NCBI GenBank assembly: GCA_965228895.1
Contig: OZ245842.1
Location: 736,001 to 800,000, forward strand
Direction: 5' to 3'
DNA length: 64,000 bases
Source: Alphaproteobacteria bacterium
GTDB taxonomy: Bacteria > Pseudomonadota > Alphaproteobacteria > SP197
The notes under the pieces are model-generated. The model worked only from the letters and a program-made list of their open reading frames with translations, did not search any database and was not told where the DNA came from. This document shows positions 1-8,018 of this stretch, piece by piece (the stretch's first letter is position 1; each line of letters begins with the position of its first letter). The position numbers were made by a program, and so were the translations under genes.

Positions 1-664
1 TGAACTCGAAGGGCTCCCAGATGCCGCGCATGGGCGTGGCGAACCCGCCTTCATCGCCGGTGTTGGTGGCGAGAATGCCGTACTTCTCAATGACGAGATC
101 GCGCAGCGCCTCGTTGATCTCCGTGGTGATCTGAAGCGCGTGAGCGTAGCTCTCCGCGCCCACGGGCATGATGATGAATTCTTGGATCTCCAGGTCGTTG
201 GCGGTCAGCTTGCCGCCGTTCAGACAATTCATCAGCGGTACCGGCAGCACCCGGCAAAGCGGGTTGATATAGCGATAGAGCGGCAGGCCGGAGACCTGTG
301 CGCCGGCGCGCGCGACTGCCAGAGAGACACCCAGGATCGCGTTGGCGCCCAGGCGGTTCTTGTTCGGTGTGCCGTCGAGTTCGCACATCACCTGGTCGAT
401 CCGCCGCTGTTCGGTGACGTCCATGCCCAGGACCGCTTCGGCGATCTCGCCGGTGACATTGGAGACGGCCTGGCGAACGCCCTGGCCGAAGTAGCGGTTA
501 CCGCCATCGTGCAGCACGCGGGCTTCGTGGGTGCCGGTCGAGCGGCCCTGGGGCACATCGGCGCGCCCGGCCATGATGCCGTCGACCCAGACATCGACCT
601 GGACCGTCGGCCAGCCCCGGCAATCGATGATTTCGCGGGCTCGGATGTCTGAGATTTCGTTCAT
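1..664 (-). CDS. eno: Divergent enolase-family protein, N-terminal ~220 aa (runs off the left edge of the window; absent from the ORF track)
   Basis: Manual translation from ATG at 664: MNEISDIRAREIIDCRGWPTVQVDV...VPQGRSTGTHEA...LDGTPNKNRLGANAILGVSLAVARA...LPVPLMNCLNGGKLTANDLEIQEFIIMPVGA...TGDEGGFA. The enolase fold motifs are clear but several conserved residues are substituted, so the symbol is family-level only. Confidence 0.9.
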   Translation of the reverse strand, partial: MNEISDIRAREIIDCRGWPTVQVDVWVDGIMAGRADVPQGRSTGTHEARVLHDGGNRYFGQGVRQAVSNVTGEIAEAVLGMDVTEQRRIDQVMCELDGTPNKNRLGANAILGVSLAVARAGAQVSGLPLYRYINPLCRVLPVPLMNCLNGGKLTANDLEIQEFIIMPVGAESYAHALQITTEINEALRDLVIEKYGILATNTGDEGGFATPMRGIWEPFEF

Positions 665-750
665 GGCGTGTCTTTCCGATCCGGTATGGACAAACCAGCG
701 GTAGCGCAGGTTCTGGGAAACGTTGGCTCGTGGCCAGGACGGTCGTTGAT

Positions 751-1707
751 CTAGCGCCGCTGGTCAAACGATTCGGCGAGCAGGCACAAAACTTCATACA
801 TCATGGTGGCGCCGACCAAGGCTGTATTGCCGCTGGGATCGAACGGCGGCGCGACCTCAACGATGTCGCCGCCGCGCAGATCGAGGCCGCGCAGGCCGCG
901 CAGAAGTTTCTGAGCATCGATCGTCGTCATGCCGCCGACTTCCGGTGTGCCGGTGCCCGGCGCGTAAACGGGATCGAGGCCATCGACGTCGAACGAGATA
1001 TAGGTCGGGCCGTCGCCGACAACACGGCGCGCTTCGGCAATCACCTTGTCGATCCCAATCTCGGCGACTTCCTCCATGAACACGACGCGCATGCCGCTCT
1101 CTATGGAGAAATCCCAGCCTTCATTCGTGTTCTGCGCGCCGCGAATGCCAATCTGCACGGTGCGCTTGGGGTCGAGCAGGCCGTCCTCGACAGCACGGCG
1201 GAAGGGCGCGCCATGGGTGAACTTGCAGCCCAGGAACTCGTCCCATGTATCGGTGTGGGCGTCGATGTGCACCATGCCAAGCGGCTGGTCAGTCGCGATC
1301 GCGCCAAAGATCGGATAGGTGATCGAGTGGTCGCCGCCGGCAGACAGTGGCACGACACCTTGAGCGTGCAAACGGGTGTAGTAGTCCCGGATGTCGTCCA
1401 TCACCGCTTCGATCTCAAAGACGCGGTGAAACAGCACATCGCCCGCATCGACGACCTTGCAGAGTTCGTAGGGATTGACCCGCGTCACGTGATGGATGGC
1501 GCGCATCAGGCTCGACATGTTGCGGATTTCACGCGGGCCGTGCCGTGCGCCCGGCCGGTTGGTCGTGCCGCCGTCAAACGGCACGCCGATCATGGCGATG
1601 TCAACATCGTCAAATTCGGTTGCCAGGGGTGCCCGCATGAAAGTCGGGATTTCGGTATAGCGCGGCGCGGTCATCGGGTCGCGGCGTTGTTCGCTGTTCG
1701 ATGTCAC
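751..1707 (-). CDS. speB: Ureohydrolase (agmatinase / guanidinopropionase-like)
   Basis: GVPFDGG..RPGARHGP, GGDHS, HIDAHTD, THG, SFDVDGLDP..APGTGTPEVGG. From memory it resembles Pseudomonas GpuA/GbuA. GTG start with GAGGGGGG RBS. Symbol is family-level; substrate unknown. Confidence 0.9.
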   Translation of the reverse strand: MTSNSEQRRDPMTAPRYTEIPTFMRAPLATEFDDVDIAMIGVPFDGGTTNRPGARHGPREIRNMSSLMRAIHHVTRVNPYELCKVVDAGDVLFHRVFEIEAVMDDIRDYYTRLHAQGVVPLSAGGDHSITYPIFGAIATDQPLGMVHIDAHTDTWDEFLGCKFTHGAPFRRAVEDGLLDPKRTVQIGIRGAQNTNEGWDFSIESGMRVVFMEEVAEIGIDKVIAEARRVVGDGPTYISFDVDGLDPVYAPGTGTPEVGGMTTIDAQKLLRGLRGLDLRGGDIVEVAPPFDPSGNTALVGATMMYEVLCLLAESFDQRR

Positions 1708-1754
1708 CGGCTTGAACCCCCCTCAATTTCCCGTCTAATGCGGCGGATCGTGGC

Positions 1755-1771
1755 ATCGACAATGTGTTGAT
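1755..1771. promoter_or_regulatory. Candidate LysR operator ATCGAC-N5-GTTGAT in a divergent promoter
   Basis: Near-palindrome atcgacaatgtgttgat in an AT-rich intergenic region between the ureohydrolase and the LysR. A similar 17-mer is at 15064-15080, and a second palindrome ttcgatatccgtcgaa at 1797-1812. Confidence 0.5.
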
Positions 1772-1837
1772 AAAATCTGATTTAACGCATAATTAATTCG
1801 ATATCCGTCGAACTGGGAAACGCTGGGGGTCCATGCC

Positions 1838-2779
1838 ATGCTGCATTCTCTCCACACACCCGATATTCGCCTGCTGCGCGTCTTCATGACCGTCGTCGAA
1901 TGCGGCGGGTTTTCGGCGGCGCAGATCGCGCTCAATGTCGGTCAGTCGACGATCAGCACGCAGATGAGCGATCTGGAAAGCCGGCTTGGGATGCGTCTGT
2001 GCCGGCGTGGGCGCAGCGGTTTCGCGCTGACCGAAGACGGCAAGTTCGTCTATGAGTCCGCGAAATCCCTGTTTCGCTCGATCGATCATTTTACCTCTGC
2101 GGTCAACGGCGCGCGTGGCGGGCTCAGCGGCGAGCTGCGTATCGCGTTTGCCGACGTGCTCTATCGCAACCCGGACTTTCGCCTGGCCCAGGCGATTGCC
2201 GTCTTTCTGGAGCGCGGCGCCGATGTTCGTTTCGATCTCAGCACGGCCAACCCTCTGGACATCGAACATGGCGTTCTCGGCGAACGTTACCACTTGGGCA
2301 TTCATACCTATCCCAGCCATGTCCCCGGCCTGCGTTACTATCCAGCGTTCAAGGAAGAGCAGACCCTCTATTGCGGGCGCAAACACCCGCTGTTCGAGCG
2401 GATCGGCAAGGGCCGGCTCAGCCTCGACGAGGTCCAGCAATTCGATTATGTGCAGCGGTCGTACTATGGCGGTGCCTTGTCGACCGGACCGTTCAAGCCG
2501 GCCAACATTGCGGCGTCGGCCGACAACATGGAAGCACTGCTGGTGCTCCTGATGTCCGGGCATTTTATCGGGCATCTGCCGACCGCCTGGGCCAGCGAGT
2601 ACGTCGCGCAAGGCGAACTGGCGCCGATTCTGCCCAAGAAGTCGCGCTACTACACGCAGTTCGAGATAGCGGTGCGTGTCGGTGGTCCCCAATCCATGCT
2701 GATCGAGACGTTTTTGTCGGACCTCAGGGAGCTGCTTCCAGGCGGCGGTTCTGACAAAAGCCTGGCGAAGGCGAGTTAG
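1838..2779 (+). CDS. LysR-family regulator (GpuR/GbuR/BauR-like)
   Basis: N-terminal HTH DIRLLRVFMTVVECGGFSAAQIALNVGQSTISTQMSDLESRLG; divergent from the ureohydrolase. Confidence 0.92.
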   Translation: MLHSLHTPDIRLLRVFMTVVECGGFSAAQIALNVGQSTISTQMSDLESRLGMRLCRRGRSGFALTEDGKFVYESAKSLFRSIDHFTSAVNGARGGLSGELRIAFADVLYRNPDFRLAQAIAVFLERGADVRFDLSTANPLDIEHGVLGERYHLGIHTYPSHVPGLRYYPAFKEEQTLYCGRKHPLFERIGKGRLSLDEVQQFDYVQRSYYGGALSTGPFKPANIAASADNMEALLVLLMSGHFIGHLPTAWASEYVAQGELAPILPKKSRYYTQFEIAVRVGGPQSMLIETFLSDLRELLPGGGSDKSLAKAS

Positions 2780-2909
2780 GTCAGCGATGACCGATGTATC
2801 GATCGTCAGCCACCTATTCCAGCAGGGGCCGCTGCGCTGGCACGATAACGGTGGGTACGCTCCATCCCGCGTGCCCAACGCCGGCTGACGCCGAATAAAG
2901 GAATCCAGG

Positions 2910-4172
2910 ATGCTGCCCAACGTCGTTCGTGTTCGCCAACCCATCAAGACCGACCCGCTCAGCGATATCAAAGCGGCAGTCCATGGTGGTGTCGCCAAAC
3001 TCGACTTGGCGTCGCGGACACAACCCGGCGACACAGTCGCGGTCGGCTGCAGCAGCCGTGGCATCGCGAACTACGGACATATCGTCGCGCACACGGTCGC
3101 GGCGCTGAAGCAGGCGGGCCTCAAACCCTTCCTGTTTCCGGCCATGGGCAGCCATGGCGCGGCGACCGCCGAGGGCCAGCGCCAGGTCCTGATCGGACAG
3201 GGTATCGAGCCCGCCGAACTCGATGTCACCATCGAGTCATCGCTCGACGTCGATCAGATCGCCGCGCTGGACGACATGGGGATTCCCGTCCTGATCGACC
3301 GCCATGCCAACGGCGCCGACCACATCGTCCTGATCAACCGCGTGAAGTCGCACACGGAGTTCACCCACAGCTTCGAAAGCGGTCTGATGAAGATGATGGC
3401 GATCGGCATGGGCAAGGAGGAGGGCGCCACGCTCTATCACAAGGCGTTCATGGTTCACGGCTACGCGCCGGTCATTCGCGCCATCGCCGATACGATCCTC
3501 GACACCGGCAAGATCCTGTTTGGCGTCGGCATTGTCGAGGACGGGCGCGCGCAAACCGCCGGTGTCGAGATCTTATCCAGCGAAGACCTGATCGCCGGGG
3601 AGGAGGCGCTGCTGCGCCAGTCCAAAGCGTTCGAGCCACGCCTACCGCTCGACGACATCGACGTGTTGCTGATCGACGAGATGGGCAAGGACATCTCCGG
3701 TTCCGGTTTCGACACCAAGGTTGTCGGCCGGATCAACATGCCGCTTGTGACCGCCGACCCCGAAACGCCGCGTATCAAACGCATCGTCGTGTGCGACCTG
3801 ACCGCCGCGTCAGCGGGCAATGCGGACGGCGTCGGCAGTGCCGACTTCATCACCAGACGCCTCTACGACAAAATCGATATCAAGGCACTCTACGTGAATG
3901 CTATCGCCGGTTCGGAACCGGAGCACGCGCGTATTCCCATGGTCATGGAAACGGCGCGCGAGGCGACCGAAGCCGCGGCCGGATCGGTTGGTCTGATCGC
4001 AACGGACGATCTCAAGCTGGTTCGCATTCAAAACACCCTTCGCCTCGAGGCGATCGACGTGTCAACGGCATGCCTGCCGGCTCTGGCTGGCCGCCCGGAC
4101 ATCACGGCGACCGGCGAACCGGCCGAACTGGCTTTCGATGGCGATGGTGAACTCCACCCATTTGATGGCTAG
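2910..4172 (+). CDS. LarA-superfamily (lactate racemase domain, DUF2088-type) NPN-dependent enzyme
   Basis: SSRGIAN, PAMGSHG, INRVKSHTEF, SGLMKMMAIGMG, LYH, MGKDISGSGFD; lies directly upstream of larC-larE-larB; AAGGA RBS. Confidence 0.82.
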   Translation: MLPNVVRVRQPIKTDPLSDIKAAVHGGVAKLDLASRTQPGDTVAVGCSSRGIANYGHIVAHTVAALKQAGLKPFLFPAMGSHGAATAEGQRQVLIGQGIEPAELDVTIESSLDVDQIAALDDMGIPVLIDRHANGADHIVLINRVKSHTEFTHSFESGLMKMMAIGMGKEEGATLYHKAFMVHGYAPVIRAIADTILDTGKILFGVGIVEDGRAQTAGVEILSSEDLIAGEEALLRQSKAFEPRLPLDDIDVLLIDEMGKDISGSGFDTKVVGRINMPLVTADPETPRIKRIVVCDLTAASAGNADGVGSADFITRRLYDKIDIKALYVNAIAGSEPEHARIPMVMETAREATEAAAGSVGLIATDDLKLVRIQNTLRLEAIDVSTACLPALAGRPDITATGEPAELAFDGDGELHPFDG

Positions 4173-4214
4173 ACTCGAACGGTCCTTCGTTGACCTGGGA
4201 GCCACCACAACGGC

Positions 4215-5429
4215 ATGACAGCACCGCGCCATATCCACCTCGACATGCTTGGCGGCATTGCCGGCGATATGTTCGCCGCGGCGATGCTTGATGCGGTCCC
4301 GTCATCGCGTTCCGGCCTGTCCGAGGCGCTTTCGGCCGACGGCTTGGCGTCACTCGCCAAGGTGACATGGTCGGACGCCAGCAATGGCGGCATGGCCGGT
4401 GTCCATTTTTCCGTTAAGCCGCTTCACGCAGGCGGCCGCGATCACGATCACCGGTCCTATCGCGATGTCCTGAACATCCTGGCCGGCCTGCCGTTGGGCG
4501 ATACCGTCCGTGACCGCGCTCAGGCCATCTTCACCCTGCTCGCCGACGCCGAGGCGGCGGTTCACGGTGTCGACCGCGCGGATGTGGTGTTTCACGAGGT
4601 CGGCGCCGTCGACTCGATCATCGATATCGTCGCCGGCGCCTGGCTGATCGAGGCGGTCGCGCCCTGCACCTGGTCGTCGTCGCCGGTTCCGCTGGGATCG
4701 GGGCGTGTCCGGACCGACCACGGACCGCTCCCGGTGCCCGCGCCAGCCACGGCTCTGCTGCTGAAGGATATGCCGACCTTTGTCGACGGGATCGCCGGCG
4801 AACGGGTGACGCCGACCGGCGCGGCGCTGTTGAGGAACCTCAATCCGTCATTCGACGGTCCAGCGGCGGTGATGGCCTTGAACGCCACGGGTCACGGCCT
4901 TGGCACACGCCAGTTGGACGGCGTTGCCAATCTGCTGCGCGTGCTCGTGTTTGAAAGCAGCGTTTCGCAAGGGCAAGACGAGATTCTGTGCTGCACCTTC
5001 GAGATCGACGATCAGACACCGGAGGATCTGGCAGTCGGTCTCGATCGGCTGCGTGCTGTCGACGGTGTCGTCGACGTCTTGCAGATGTCTGCCATCGGCA
5101 AGCACGGGCGCCAGTGTACGCATATTCAGATCCTCGCCACGCCGGGACGCCTCGAACCGGTGGCCGAGGCCATCTTCCAGGAGACGACGACGCTGGGGCT
5201 CAGGTGGCAGCGCATGGCGCGACGTGTTCTCGCGCGTAACACCGTCGGAACCGACGGCGCCGGAACGTCCGTCGCCGTCAAGCTGGCAAAACGGCCGGAC
5301 GGCGTAACAACCGCGAAAGCGGAGATGGGCGATCTTGTCGATACACCTGGTGGTCACGAAGGCCGGCGTGTTGCACGTGCCAAGGCGGAAGGGTTGGCGC
5401 GCAATGGGGAAGGCGGGCGCAATGGCTGA
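4215..5429 (+). CDS. larC: Nickel-pincer cofactor nickel insertase LarC
   Basis: GIAGDMFAAA, short His patch HDHR, FHEVGAVDSIIDIV, HGPLPVPAPAT, GERVTPTGAA, EIDDQTPE, ETTTLGLR. Confidence 0.93.
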   Translation: MTAPRHIHLDMLGGIAGDMFAAAMLDAVPSSRSGLSEALSADGLASLAKVTWSDASNGGMAGVHFSVKPLHAGGRDHDHRSYRDVLNILAGLPLGDTVRDRAQAIFTLLADAEAAVHGVDRADVVFHEVGAVDSIIDIVAGAWLIEAVAPCTWSSSPVPLGSGRVRTDHGPLPVPAPATALLLKDMPTFVDGIAGERVTPTGAALLRNLNPSFDGPAAVMALNATGHGLGTRQLDGVANLLRVLVFESSVSQGQDEILCCTFEIDDQTPEDLAVGLDRLRAVDGVVDVLQMSAIGKHGRQCTHIQILATPGRLEPVAEAIFQETTTLGLRWQRMARRVLARNTVGTDGAGTSVAVKLAKRPDGVTTAKAEMGDLVDTPGGHEGRRVARAKAEGLARNGEGGRNG

Positions 5430-6270
5430 CGTCAAGGCCGGCCTCTTGGCGCTTCTCGCTCAACCCAAGGGCACGGCCCTTCTGGACGTCTTGTCGGGGG
5501 TTGGCGACAAGGCGCTCGCGGTCAGTGGCGGTGTCGACAGCATGACACTCGCCGTTATCGCCCACCGTGCCGATCCCGAGAGCTCGACCATTTGCCATGC
5601 TGTGTCGCCGGCGGTGCCGCCGGAAGCGACGGAACGGGTCAGGCAATACGCCGAGAAGGAGGGTTGGCGCCTCGACCTGATTGACGCCGGTGAGTTTGAC
5701 GATCCGCGTTATCTCGCCAACCCGCTCGACCGCTGTTTCTTCTGCAAGACCGATCTTTACGGCGCCATCGCCGCAGGACGCGCGGGGACGACCTTGATGT
5801 CGGGCACCAATCTCGACGATCTCGGCGATTTCCGGCCGGGCCTGAAGGCTGCGGCGAACCACGATGTCATACATCCGTTCGTTGAAGCGAATTTCACCAA
5901 GGCCGACATTCGCGCGGCGGCCGATGCGCTTGGTCTGAGCGACATTAAGGTACTGCCCGCCATGCCGTGCCTGGCAAGCAGGATCGAGACGGGCCTTGCC
6001 GTTTCCCCGGACCTCGTGCGTAGCGTGCACGCCGCCGAGACGCTGGTTGCCAAGCACGTCGACGTTGCGACCGTGCGCTGCCGGGTCGCGCACAACGGCA
6101 TCCGCATCGAACTTGATGAGGATGCGCTCGCGGGCTTGAGTGGCCCAAGTCGAGACATGCTTGCGGACAAGATCGCTCAACTTTTCAGCCGGACCGATAC
6201 GGTACCTGGCGTTCTGTTTGCCGCCTACAAACAGGGTAGCGCGTTCATCGGCAAACCCGGCGATGACTGA
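5422..6270 (+). CDS. larE: ATP-dependent sulfur transferase LarE (PP-loop)
   Basis: AVSGGVDS PP-loop, NPLDRCFFCK, GTNLDDLGDFRPGLKAA, PCLASRI; ATG at 5422 overlaps the larC stop (ATGGCTGA). Confidence 0.9.
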   Translation: MADVKAGLLALLAQPKGTALLDVLSGVGDKALAVSGGVDSMTLAVIAHRADPESSTICHAVSPAVPPEATERVRQYAEKEGWRLDLIDAGEFDDPRYLANPLDRCFFCKTDLYGAIAAGRAGTTLMSGTNLDDLGDFRPGLKAAANHDVIHPFVEANFTKADIRAAADALGLSDIKVLPAMPCLASRIETGLAVSPDLVRSVHAAETLVAKHVDVATVRCRVAHNGIRIELDEDALAGLSGPSRDMLADKIAQLFSRTDTVPGVLFAAYKQGSAFIGKPGDD

Positions 6271-6934
6271 GACGCCGGCGTTCCGGTTTGACCGTGCGCG
6301 CGAATCGCGGATCGGTTTTGGCGAAGCGGTGTTCTGCGAGAGCAAAACCGCCGAGCAGATTGCGGCGATCCTGCATGAAGTCGGCGAGGATACGCCGATC
6401 CTGCTGACCAGGTTGAGTGTCGAGAAGGCCGACGCGCTGCCGCAGGCCCTGCGCAACCGCCTCGATTTCGATGATTTGTCACGGACCGCCTATCTACGGC
6501 CCCGGCATCCGCTGCGCGATACCGCGCGTGTGGCCGTCTTGAGCGGGGGAACCTCCGATTTGCCGGTCGCGCACGAGGCGGTCAGAACGCTGGGGTTTCA
6601 CGGCGAACCCAGCCAGATCCATCACGATGTCGGCGTCGCCGGCTTGTGGCGGTTGGAGGCGTGCCTGGATGACATCCGCGCCATGCCGTTGGTCATCGTG
6701 ACAGCGGGCATGGAGGGTGCCCTGGTCAGCGTCGTCGCGGGCCTGGTGCCCGGCGTCGTGATCGCCCTGCCGACGTCGGTCGGCTATGGCGCGGCGGAAG
6801 GTGGGCGTACCGCCATGTTTGCCGCGCTCACGTCTTGCGCGCCGGGCATCACGGTCGTCAACATCGACAATGGCTACGGCGCAGCGTGCGCCGCGCTGCG
6901 GCATCTCAACATGCTGGATCGCAGAAGCGGCTGA
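6263..6934 (+). CDS. larB: NPN cofactor carboxylase/hydrolase LarB (PurE-like)
   Basis: RIGFGEAVFCESKT, GTSDLPVAHEA, DVGVAGLWRL, AGMEGAL, PTSVGYG, VVNIDNGYGAA; ATG overlaps the larE stop (ATGACTGA). Confidence 0.94.
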   Translation: MTETPAFRFDRARESRIGFGEAVFCESKTAEQIAAILHEVGEDTPILLTRLSVEKADALPQALRNRLDFDDLSRTAYLRPRHPLRDTARVAVLSGGTSDLPVAHEAVRTLGFHGEPSQIHHDVGVAGLWRLEACLDDIRAMPLVIVTAGMEGALVSVVAGLVPGVVIALPTSVGYGAAEGGRTAMFAALTSCAPGITVVNIDNGYGAACAALRHLNMLDRRSG

Positions 6935-6940
6935 CGGCGC

Positions 6941-7906
6941 TCAGGCGCTCTTGCCCTTTTCGTGGAAGATGAAGCCGAGCACGTTCATTAGGAACTGAGC
7001 AGCCAGGAACGCGGTCGATCCCGTGTGATCGTAGTCCGGTGCGACCTCGACAAAGTCGATGCCCACAATGTCGCCCTTCTTGGAGAGACCCTGAAACAGC
7101 TCCAGCACCTCGTAGTAAAGGAAACCGCCATGACTTGGCGTCCCGGTGCCCGGCGCGATCGACGGGTCGAACCCGTCGACATCGATGGTGGCGTAGTAGC
7201 GCACGCCGTCAGGAATACGCTCGAGCACGCCCTGGGTGCCCAACCGCCGGACATCGCGCACCGAGAGAATATCGGAGCCTGCCTTGCGGGCGGCCGCATA
7301 GTCGTCGCGGTTCGATGACGAGACGTTGCGGATGCCGAGCTGACTGAAACCGGTGACGTGTTTCATTTCGGATGCCCGGCGCAGGGGGTTGCCGTGGCCG
7401 TAGCGCACGCCGTGCCGCTCGTCGACGAAGTCCAGATGCGCGTCGATATGGATGATGTGCACGGGTTCCTGGTCGGCGAAGGCGCGAATGCAGGGAATAT
7501 GCACCGAATGATCGCCGCCCAGGACGACCGGCAGCGCGCCGGCATCAAGGATGGCGCGCACGCCCTTCTCGATATTGTCATGACTCTGGGTCGTGTCGGT
7601 ATGGATCATGTCGGCATCGCCGATATCAACCATGCGTACCTGATCGACCGGCATGTAGCTGATGTCATCCTCGAAGTCGTAGGCGCCGCCGTGGCCGAAC
7701 GAGAACAGCGTGGACGCCTCGCGGATGGCGCGGGGCCCGAAACGGGCGCCGGCGCGGTACTGGGTGCCCATGTCGAATGGCGCGCCCAGCACGGCGACGT
7801 CGGCCTTGATGGCCGACCAATCCAGACACGGCGGCTGCTTGCCGAAGGTGCAGTGGCCGACGAATGGCAGGTCGAGACGTCCTTCTTCGTAAGCGTTCGA
7901 GGTCAC
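6941..7906 (-). CDS. speB: Ureohydrolase (agmatinase family)
   Basis: GAPFD..YRAGARFGP, GGDHS, HIDAHLD, GHG, TIDVDGFDP..GTGTPSHGG. Probable GTG start at 7906 after a GGGGG RBS (ORF track starts at 7924). Symbol is family-level. Confidence 0.88.
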   Translation of the reverse strand: MTSNAYEEGRLDLPFVGHCTFGKQPPCLDWSAIKADVAVLGAPFDMGTQYRAGARFGPRAIREASTLFSFGHGGAYDFEDDISYMPVDQVRMVDIGDADMIHTDTTQSHDNIEKGVRAILDAGALPVVLGGDHSVHIPCIRAFADQEPVHIIHIDAHLDFVDERHGVRYGHGNPLRRASEMKHVTGFSQLGIRNVSSSNRDDYAAARKAGSDILSVRDVRRLGTQGVLERIPDGVRYYATIDVDGFDPSIAPGTGTPSHGGFLYYEVLELFQGLSKKGDIVGIDFVEVAPDYDHTGSTAFLAAQFLMNVLGFIFHEKGKSA

Positions 7907-8018
7907 GAACACCCCCTTTGTCAATTCACTATGCCAAGGCTACGCGGGCAGGTAAGGCCACACGTTTAGGGCCGAAGCACCACCCAGATCAAGCGATCTG
8001 GCGAAGTTCAGCCGGTGT

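Noticed and set aside
87-652. Short ORFs 87..386, 140..652 and 388..594 suggesting a frameshifted gene
   Set aside because: Manual translation shows one uninterrupted enolase frame from 664 to the window edge.
730-1770. 346-aa plus-strand ORF, and similar long antisense ORFs (1793..3064, 8547..9665, 23830..26181, 56837..58678, 59321..60511)
   Set aside because: Shadow ORFs opposite well-supported genes; expected from high-GC codon bias and without recognisable motifs.
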